From NCBI GenBank assembly GCA_951406725.2, contig OX597836.1, positions 32,922,001 through 32,986,000 of the forward strand: a DNA stretch of 64,000 bases, in the 5' to 3' direction. The notes beneath the pieces are model-generated. The model was not told the DNA's origin. It was given only the letters and a program-made list of their open reading frames with translations, and made no database searches. Both the position numbers and the translations under genes were made by a program. Shown here in pieces: positions 53,768-64,000 of the stretch. Positions within the stretch are counted from its first letter, which is position 1; every line of letters begins with the position of its first letter. This DNA is from Octopus vulgaris. Its lineage: Eukaryota.

Positions 53768-54358
53768 ATTATTATTTGTATCACCATTTCTCTTTATCAC
53801 AATTTTGTTGGAGCTCCTGGAGTCTTGCATTCATAGTGAGCTTACTACCTGCAGCCTACAGTGCCATGCTATCCATTATTTTCAGCTATCTAATGCTTTT
53901 CTAATTATTCTGGCTGTGTCAAGGAGGCAAACATTTTGTAACAGTTCTATTGGGCACTCTGTTCCAATTTCCTTTATATTCCCTTTGATGCCTTCAGATA
54001 CTGTTCCTAAGGACCCAACAATAATTGGCACTATCTTCACCATCTTCATTGTCCATTGCCAGGCTATTTCTTACTTAACAGGGTTGTATCTAATAATCTT
54101 TTTTGCCTTCCTTCTTGACTATTTGTGGGTCAAAGGGACATGCAACGCCATCTATATAGCATATGTGGTGCACCTTGTCCACCACCACTAGGTCCAGTCT
54201 GTTATGCTCTAGCACCCTATCTATTTGGATTGCGAAATCCCAGAGGATTTTGCTAGTTTCCAACTCCTCCACTCCATGTAGTTTGTGTTCATATCATGTC
54301 TTGCCTCTCTCTAGCCCCCACCTTTTGCACAGTTTCCCATGTTGCCCTTTCACTGCCT
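53768..54358 (-). mobile_element. R4/Dong-like LINE 3' fragment (RLE domain), copy 2, a different family, between TAA repeats
   Basis: HGKLCKRWGLERGKT*YEH…KILWDFAIQIDRVLEHNRLDLVVVDK…VACPFD…VKIVPIIVGSLGTVS…ELLQNVCLLDTARIIRKAL, with stops and a frameshift. (TAA)n lies upstream at 54359-54470 and a short TAA tail at 53768-53778. Confidence 0.85.
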
Positions 54359-54405
54359 TATTATTATTACTTTTATTATTAATATTATTATTATTATCAT
54401 CATCG

Positions 54406-54466
<61 letters not shown>

Positions 54467-54959
54467 ATAGTAATAATATCAAATATATCATTATTATTAG
54501 ATTGATGATAATCCTTTAATCTTTGACATTAATAAAGTTTTATTTGCTTAGGTCAGATTTAGACACCATTTGAAGAAGACAGACATGAACATTTTCATTA
54601 CTCCTGAATGTTATGGATATTTATACTCTAAACATATCTGTGTGTCATCTAACAAAACAAATAATCTGCACAAGACTGATTACTTTGTGAATTTCATCTA
54701 ACATTTATATTCCGCAAAGTAAACAATCTGTAAAGACTGACGGTGCTACTTACTTTAAACCTCTCTTGAATAATATTACAAAGACATACATAAAACACAA
54801 TACTTAATACACATAATTTGATTATTATAAAGACAAAGCTGGTTGTAATCTATCTGAAAATACATGACAGAACAGAGAGGGGCTTTGCCTCATGTAAACC
54901 TTACATAACATTAAATGACCACAAGGAAAATTTTTTAGAAAAACCACATATATGCACAG

Positions 54960-55291
54960 ATGCTTAGTGGTATTTCGTCTGCCATTACATTCTGAGTTCA
55001 AATCCCGCCAAGGTCGACTTTGCCTTTCATCCTTTCGGAGTTGATAAATTAAGTACCAGTTACGCACTGGGGTCGATGTAATCGTCTTAATCCCTCTGTC
55101 TCTCCTTGTTTGTCCCCTCTATGTTTAGCCCCTCGTGGGCAATAAACAAATAAGAAGCTTGCTTCCCAATCACATGAACCAGGTTCATTTCTACTGCATG
55201 CCATTTTAGGCAAAGTGTCTTCTACTGTAGCCTGAGGCCAACCACAGCCTTGTGAGTGGGTTTGGTAGAGGGAAACTGAAAGAAGCCCGTC

Positions 55292-55339
<48 letters not shown>

Positions 55340-55570
55340 CTATGTGTCTTTCTTTGTGTCTGTGATTGTCCCTACCAACACCACACTGCTTGACAACCGG
55401 TGTTGGTGTGTTTACATCCCCATAACTTAGCAGTTCAGCAAAAGAGATCAATAGAATAAGTACTGAGCTTTAAAAAAGTACTGGGGTCAATTTGTTTGAC
55501 TGCAAATTGAAGGTGGTGCCCCAGCATGGCCTCAGTCTAATGACTGAAACAAGTAAAAGATAAAAGAGAA
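54960..55570 (+). mobile_element. Family B SINE (54960-55150) followed directly by a family A SINE (55150-55570)
   Basis: Direct matches to both families. Confidence 0.8.
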
Positions 55571-55587
55571 AAGATGCAATTTGAATT

Positions 55588-56055
55588 GCAATGGAGGGAA
55601 CCTGTGGAAAGGGTAAACCCAGGAAGACATGGGACGAAGTGGTGAGAAAGGATCTTCAGATGCTGGGCCTCACTGAGGAGATGACAAAATATGGGGCTTA
55701 TGGTGATTTGTTGTACTTGAGAAGACATTTCAAGCTAAATAAAATCGTGACCATCCATGCAGACTGGCATGTCCTTTACGGCCATACCCACCACACTCTC
55801 TCTCAGTTAGGGAGTCTTTGCCTTGTGGGTGCCGATGCCACATAAAATGCACTTGTGCCAGTGCCATGTGAGATGAACCCATGCAGGTGGCACATAAAAA
55901 ACACCCAGCAGCTTACTTTGTTAAGTGGTTGGCATCAAGAAAGCATCCAACTATAGAAAGCATGTCAAAACAGACAATTGGGGCTGCATAGCTCTGGTCA
56001 AACCGTGCAACCCATGCCAGCATATAAAACAGACGTTAAACGATGATGATGATGA
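55588..56055 (+). mobile_element. 5'-truncated RTE-clade LINE with (GAT)n tail
   Basis: MEGTCGKGKPRKTWDEVVRKDLQMLGLTEEMTK; same family as 32397. Confidence 0.8.
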
Positions 56056-56126
56056 GGAGGAGAAGGAGGAGGAGATAGCTGGTCACATTATCTTAACTCT
56101 AATTGGGGACTTCTTATCATTTTCTT

Positions 56127-56450
56127 TGAAGGCGTATGGTTCAATTGTTAGAGCATTGGGCTCACAATCATGAAGTAGTGAGTTCGGTTTCCGGACCGGG
56201 CTGTGTGTTGTGCTCTTGAGCAAGACAATTTATTTCACATTGCTCCAGTTCACTCAGCTGTAAAAATCAGTTGCAACGTCACTGATGTCAAGCTGCATCG
56301 GCCTTTGCCTTTCACTTGGATAACATCAGTAGCATAGAGAGGGGAGGCTGGTATGCATGGGCGACTGCTGGTCTTCCATAAAAACCAACCTTGTCCAGAC
56401 TTGTGCCTCGAAGGGTAACTTTCTAGGTGCAATCCCATGGTCGTTCATAA
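56127..56450 (+). mobile_element. tRNA-derived SINE
   Basis: A/B-box-like head. Its 3' part gacttgtgcctcg…ctaggtgcaatcccatggtc recurs at 34765-34815. Confidence 0.75.
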
Positions 56451-57563
56451 TCAATATTTCTGTTCTTACAACATTAATTGTCCTACTAATTCGGATTGGT
56501 TGTTTTATTTTCAAAATTGGTATTGCAATTCTTCAAGGTTATATTTCGTTTTTCTCTGCAATGCAGGCTCATGAAATCCTGTAAAAATATAATTAGCAAA
56601 CATTTCAGATTCAGAGTTTGATGCCATAGTAAATTGGGTACCACGGTACCCTCAGATTGAATCTAAACTAGAACTGGAAGTTGATAAGGTGCTGGAATTA
56701 TTCCAATTTATTTATATTTTGGCTCCAACCGTCACAGAAATGTGCCTGCTACCCCTGCAGAAGTTATCATCATGTTCAATGTCTCCTGTGGCATTATTGT
56801 CATCATCATCATCATCATCATTGTCGTTGTCGTTGTCATCGTCATCACCACCATCGTCGAAATCGTCGTCTCCAGCAACAATAACAACCACCACCTCTTC
56901 TGTCACAGCCATCCCCACCACTACCATCATCACTATCATCATCATCACAACCACCACCATCAATAGCAGCATCCTCATCATCATCCTCATCATCATCATA
57001 ATCATCATCATCATTATCATAATATCATCCCTTATCATCATCATCACACTCATCATAATCCTCTTTATCATCACATTCATTGTAATGATAATAATAATAA
57101 TAATAATAATTATAATAATAATAATCAACGCCATCATCATCATCATCATCATCAGCACTATTGCCCTCACCATCACTACCACCACCACCAACACCACCAC
57201 CAGCATCAACATCTGTGCAGTCTGCAGTGGCAGCAGTTGTGGCGACATCATCATTATTATTATATTACCAAAGCCAGTGAGGCATATACGAAGCATATCA
57301 TGCCTATTGCTGGATTCATCTTCATCATCATCATACTCATCATCATCATCGTTGTCATCAGCAGCGTCACTACCATCATCGTTATCATCGTCATCATCAT
57401 CATTATCATTATTATCACTATCATCATCATCAGCATCATCATCCTCACCATCATCATTATCACATCATATTCATCATCCTCATCATCATCATCATTATTA
57501 TTATTAAGTAATCATTATTAATTATTCCATGTATGAAAAGAAAGTGAAAACTATATGTATACA

Positions 57564-57605
<42 letters not shown>

Positions 57606-58264
57606 GGCAAAGATATTGTGACATTTCTATTAGAACTAAAAGTACAGCTCCAATGCTTATGCAGTGGCATCAGCTGAATTGGTGGTGGTGGTGGTGGTGG
57701 TGGTGGCGGTGGTGGTGGAGAAACACATTTACTGTTATGCTTCTGTTTTTGTATTTCTTTAGGCGCAGGCATGGCTGTGTGGTAAGAAGCTTGCTTCCCA
57801 ACCACATGGTTCTGGTTTCAGTCCCACTGCATGGCACGCACCTTGAGGGCAAGCGTCTTCAGCTATAGCCTTCTTTTGTTGTCATATTATTATTATTATT
57901 AATATATATATATATTTATATATAGAGAGTTAGTGGTTAAAAATAAACAACATAATTGGTCATACACCTTCAAATCATCCCCATATATTCACGCCATAGA
58001 ATATAAATACATATCAATACCAGGATGTTTAGAACACAAAGCCCGAAGGTATAAAAATATACATATATACACACATATAAAAGGACGTGTGCAAACCTGT
58101 AAAAAATGTGGGAAGATAAAAATGTATGAAGAAAATATAAATGTTTATAGTGAAGCAATTAAAAATAATATAGTTAAGCTATTAAACGTAAAGTGAATCC
58201 AGGATAATATCCATCATCAAGTCCAAAAGGAAAAGGAATTCAGAACAATGTAAGAATAAATAAA

Positions 58265-58330
58265 TATCTACAGCTGTTTCGACAGCCACTGCACAAACAT
58301 CAAATTGGCAGTGGCCCCCTCATCAGGACA
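58265..58330 (-). ncRNA. Minimal type I hammerhead ribozyme motif with an intact core, likely from a Penelope-like element
   Basis: Minus strand UGUC-CUGAUGA-GGGGGCCACUGC-loop-GCAGUGGCUGUC-GAA-ACAGCUGU-A-GAUA: 4-bp stem I, 12-position stem II with one mismatch, palindromic stem III, GUA site. Confidence 0.75.
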
Positions 58331-59193
58331 AAAGATATCTTCATCAGAGAGGTTTCCTGTTCTGGTTATCCATCATTATTATTACAAGAAACAAAAAAAA
58401 CAGGAACGCTTATATAGAGTGGGTAGGGAATAAAAATGAATAGGCCTAAGAATAAAAAGAATTTAAAAATTAAAGCCCTAAAATCTTGATTGTATCAGCA
58501 AGGACTATTCTAAAATTCATAATTTTTTATCACAATCAAACGAGTGGCTTAGAATTCAGAAATTGTTTGAATCACTCTCCGGTTTCAAAACCAGGCAGAC
58601 AAACAAATGGTCATCTAATAGGTTTGATTTTATTTTTGTATTTCGTTTTTGGATTTGGTTTGCAAGATTCTTTATATAAGTTCATGTGTTGAAGCATATA
58701 CTGTTGTGACTGGGGAGAGTCATTTTCATTTTGTGCCATATAATTTTTACACACTCACCAGTAAAATTTCCACTTATTTCTTATTTTTATTTTCCTAAAA
58801 TTTTCGTTGCATCTTGCAACCTTGTATATATTCAAAAATGTAGAAAAATATTTATGATTGCCACAACACACAGCCCAGTCCAGGAATCGACCTCACTGTC
58901 TCATGATTGTGAGCCTGGCATTCTAACCACTGAGTCAGGTGCCTTCACCAGGCCTAAATATTCTGCCTGTTTTACCATAAACCAGCCAAATCTGACCTTT
59001 CACACTTACCCTACGATGTCATTCTAAGAATAAAATGTTACACCTTTGCTGCAGTTCCCTTGAAGGGTGTGGTTCAACAAATCAACCCCAGTACTTATTT
59101 TCTGTCCTGATACTTACTTTATTGGCCCTTTTTATTTTTTGGTAAACCATTAACTTACAGGGACATAAAGAAAGTGATAAGTTTTAGAAAAAG

Positions 59194-59428
59194 AAGGCGG
59201 CGAGCTGGCAGAAACGTTAGTATGTCAGGCGAAATGCTTAGCGGTATTTCACCTGCCGCTGCGTTCTGAGTTCAAATTCCGCCGAGGTCAACTTTGCCTT
59301 TCATCCTTTCGGGGTCGATAAATTAAGTACCAGTTACGCACTGGGGTCGATATAATCGACTTAATCTGTGTGTCTGTCCTTGTTTGTCCTCTCTGTGTTT
59401 AGCCCCTTGTGGGTAGTAAAAAAATAGG
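59194..59428 (+). mobile_element. Family B SINE, full length, with a perfect 16-bp TSD
   Basis: taagttttagaaaaag at 59178-59193 and 59429-59444. Confidence 0.92.
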
Positions 59429-60021
59429 TAAGTTTTAGAAAAAGGAGTAACAAATTCCACACTGAAGGATGAAAACAAAATGGAACTAACCAGTCCCTTA
59501 TGTTCCTGGTCTGCCAAACAACAAAACAGAGCAGAAAATTTTGAATGTTGACTTTTAAAATACAGTTTAAACAAACAAAATTTACAAGTGACTTTAAGAG
59601 TTGTCTTTCTGATACAGTAACTCCACCAACGACATCACCACTAACACCAAATATAACAACAATAATACTGATAATAATAGTAATGCAGCACCGACAGATA
59701 TTTCTGCAACAGGATGCATCAGTATATAGGATTTCAATTCAATGATAAATTGCTCACACTTGCTCCCTTTCTCACACACCCAGATGCACAGAGGTGGATA
59801 GATAGATAGATAGATAGATAGATAGAGAGTGAGAGGGAGAGACCGAGAGGAAGAAAGAGAGAGAGAGAGAGTGATGAGTTGATAGATAGGTTGATAGGTA
59901 GGTAGGCAGGTAGGTAGGCTTGTAGGCAGGTAGGTAGGTTGGTGGCTATACTCCTGCAAATAGAAAAAACTGACATTAAAATAATATAGATACACGCATA
60001 TATGTATATGTGTGTATATAT

Positions 60022-60070
<49 letters not shown>

Positions 60071-60207
60071 TCTTTAAATATATATATATATGCACACATA
60101 CACATATGTGCATGCACCACATATATATATATATATATATATTTGTGTATGTGTATATATATGTATATATATATATATATATATACATGCATATACATAT
60201 ATATACA

Positions 60208-60328
<121 letters not shown>

Positions 60329-60499
60329 CACACACACATGTATATATATATATATATGGTTGGATTAAAAATTCTTGTGCATACTTATATGTATGTATGC
60401 ATAACCATGCATATATTATTTCCTGTTTGACTGTTTGATATATCTGCAATTCTTAATAATTCAAAAATTTATACTAAAAAAAAACAATCTACAAGTTTT

Positions 60500-60825
60500 C
60501 CCTCCTCCCACACACCCACTTTCTCTTCCTCTTCTTTCCTCTTTCTTTTCCACTTCCCACCATCCCACCCCTCTTTTCTCACTCTCTCTCTCTCTCTCCC
60601 TCTTATACACCAAAACATGTTCTTTTTCCTCTTTCTTATCTTTCTCCCTCTCCCTCTCTTCCTCTCTCTGCCTCTTTCTCTCCCCTTACATGCCTACATG
60701 CTCTCTCTCTCTCTGTTTCTCTGCCTTTCTCTCTCTCTCTCGCTATGCCTTGCTCTCCCTCTCTCGATGTACCTTTTTTCTCTCTTTGCCTATTTGCCCC
60801 CCCCCCTTACATACCTGCATACTCT

Positions 60826-60870
<45 letters not shown>

Positions 60871-61318
60871 CTCTTTCTCTCTTTCTCTCTCTTTACACAC
60901 CTATACACCCTCTTTTATCCCTCTCTCTCCCTCTGTCTTTCTCTCTCTCTCCTTCTCTCTTTCCTTTCTGTCTCTCTGCTTCTTTCTCTACCCCTTACAC
61001 ACCTACACACTCTCTTTTCTATCTCCCTTCCTCTCTCTCTCTTTGTCTTTCTCTTCCCACGAACACACGCTCTCTTTTTTCCCTCCCTCCCTCCCTCTCT
61101 CTCTCTCCCTCTCTCTGCCTTTCTCTTTCTCTCTCTCTCTCACACACCTATACACCCTCTTTTATCCCCCTCTCTCTCCCTCTGTCTTTCTCTCTCTCTT
61201 TCCTTTCTGTCTCTCTGCTTCTTTCTCTTCCTTTACACACCTACACACTCTCTTTCCTCTCTCCCTTCCTCTCTCTCTCTCCCTCTCTGTCTTTCTCCCC
61301 CCCACACACACACTCTTT

Positions 61319-61352
<34 letters not shown>

Positions 61353-61355
61353 TCT
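60500..61355. repeat. Long CT-rich tract with an internal duplication of about 245 bp
   Basis: acacacctatacaccctcttttatccc at about 60895 and 61142, with shared downstream sequence. Confidence 0.88.
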
Positions 61356-61714
61356 GTTTTACCTGTCAAGCACTTTGTTTGCTATAAAACAATAAATGTC
61401 TCACCAGTGTCAGCAGACATATATAACTGAACAGTTTAGCATTCAATAAATCTCGGGAAAATTGCTTTAAATTTCTGGTAAATGATTGTTAGGGGTGAAA
61501 TAAAAATGTAAATGCTTCAAATATAAGTCCCGGGAAGAGAAAAGGACATAAATCAAAATGCCAGTCCATCGTAACTACAGAAAATGCACTGTAAAAAGCG
61601 GAAAAGAATATCTTTGGCAAAAGCCAAACAAGGTTTTGATTTGTTATTAAAGATGCAAAGATGCCACAAACAGGCACTCAACATTACATATACGTTTACA
61701 TATACATACATGCA

Positions 61715-61791
<77 letters not shown>

Positions 61792-61860
61792 ATATATATA
61801 TAATATATATATATGTGTGTGTATGTGCATTAATATCTGCATATGTACTGTGGTATGTTT

Positions 61861-61907
<47 letters not shown>

Positions 61908-62173
61908 TAATATATAAATATATGCATATATACATACATATATGTACATACCTACATATACATGTATATATACATGCATATATGGGCACAGGAAGTATAT
62001 GTGTATATATGTATAAATTATATATATATATGTAGGCATGTATGTATGTATGTATATATATATATGTATGTATGTATATGTGTATAGATTATATATATGT
62101 AAGTATGTATGTATATATATACATACATAGATATATATGCATATATATATGTATTTGTGTATATATTATATAT

Positions 62174-62225
<52 letters not shown>

Positions 62226-62275
62226 ACATATGTATATACATATGTGTGTGCATATTTACTGTGAGTTGTTTACAT

Positions 62276-62308
<33 letters not shown>

Positions 62309-62864
62309 CACATACATGTATACATGTGTGTATATCTAAATGTTATTGTACATACATACATACACTTGTATATGATAACACAGCCAATAACAGTTACACA
62401 TGTTTCATTTCTTATGAGGCTACACAGCAATATACTATCATATATATATATATATATATATGCATATATATATATATATATATACACACACAGACATATA
62501 TGTATTCATACATACAAGCGTTACATACATGTGTGTGTGCGTGCATGTCTGTGTTTGCATGTATGCATGCACGTATATTTAGATATAAATGTATGCATGT
62601 CTTCATAAGTCTGTCAGGTTTTCGAGTATTAAATATGCATAAAGGCTGTCTTATTTATAGGATGCCCTGCGCATTGTTTATGCGTGTTAACCTAACTTGT
62701 TTTTCTGTGCAGCTACACGTGTGCGAATATGTGTGTGAATGTGTGTGTGTTTATGTGTAGTGTGAGTATATTTGCATCTGCAAATGTCTTCATGCATATA
62801 AATATTAATATATATATATATGTATATATACATTTACGTATGTGCATACACACACACACAAATA

Positions 62865-62904
<40 letters not shown>

Positions 62905-62914
<10 letters not shown>

Positions 62915-63210
62915 AACATAGATATGTATTTGTACATATACATACACACACACATATATATATATATATATACAACTACTGTCTACATTTATACATATAT
63001 ACATATATATATATATATATGCAAACATAGATATGTATTTGTACACATACATACACACACACACATATATATATATATACAACTACTGTCTACATTTATA
63101 CATATATACATATATATATATATATATGCAAACATAGATATCTATTTGTACACATACATATACATACACACACACATATATATATATATATACGACTACT
63201 GTCTACATTT

Positions 63211-63247
<37 letters not shown>

Positions 63248-63331
63248 TGCAAACATAGATATCTATTTGTACACATACATATACATACACACACACATAT
63301 ATATATATATATACGACTACTGTCTACATTT

Positions 63332-63362
<31 letters not shown>

Positions 63363-63452
63363 TATGCAAACATAGATATGTATTTGTACACATACATATA
63401 CATACACGCACACATATATATATATATATACAACTACTGTCTACATTTATAA

Positions 63453-63487
<35 letters not shown>

Positions 63488-63510
63488 TAAGTACTGTCTA
63501 CATTTATCTT
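62905..63510. repeat. Compound minisatellite: 5 units of about 107-121 bp
   Basis: gcaaacatagatat at 62912, 63021, 63128, 63249 and 63366, each followed by actactgtctacattt. Confidence 0.9.
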
Positions 63511-63802
63511 CTTTAATGGGTTTTTTTTTTGGTATTTTTTTGGAGAGGAATCAAAATAAAGCTAATATTACATCCCTATAAAATATACATTAACAAAAAT
63601 CATCTCAGTTCATACTTGTACGGGTTTGTATATTCATGCGTAAACACACATATGCAATTATGTGAATGTGTGCATATATGTATACAAGTACACATATGCA
63701 CACACACACTCACTGGATGGAAGACACTCTTTTTGGAAGGAGTACCTTTTAGTCTCCTTGCACAGGAAAATGCATATGTGTGGGTATGAGGGTATGAGTA
63801 AA

Positions 63803-63835
<33 letters not shown>

Positions 63836-64000
63836 CATATATAACATATATATATATATATATATATACTATATATATATATATATATTTATTTATTTAT
63901 TTTATACATATATATATATTTATTTATTTTATATATATATATTTGCATATATATTGTACATACATATATATATATATATGTATATATATATACATATATT

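Overview
Eukaryotic, AT-rich and microsatellite-dense genomic DNA. The repeat families look like those of an octopus (coleoid cephalopod); this is inferred from recall, not from a search. The only host protein-coding sequence I can support is two + strand exons (18255-18401 and 51198-51388) of an otoferlin-like (type II ferlin) gene. They encode most of the last C2 domain (C2F) and are separated by a 32,796-bp intron. The neighbouring exons were not found, so the rest of the window is probably intronic. It is filled with several tRNA-derived SINE families, 5'-truncated RTE, CR1-like and R4/Dong-like LINE fragments, degenerate Tc1/mariner elements and MITEs, a non-autonomous Helitron, a piggyBac-type MITE, Penelope-like remnants with minimal hammerhead-ribozyme motifs, long fold-back palindromes and mini/microsatellites. 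Almost all ORFs in the supplied track are simple-repeat artefacts. I see no evidence for a new multi-gene system. The most interesting signals are RNA-level: hammerhead motifs, long hairpins and a CTCF-like motif next to the second exon, and a SINE-created candidate poison micro-exon. Repeat boundaries were read by eye and are approximate.
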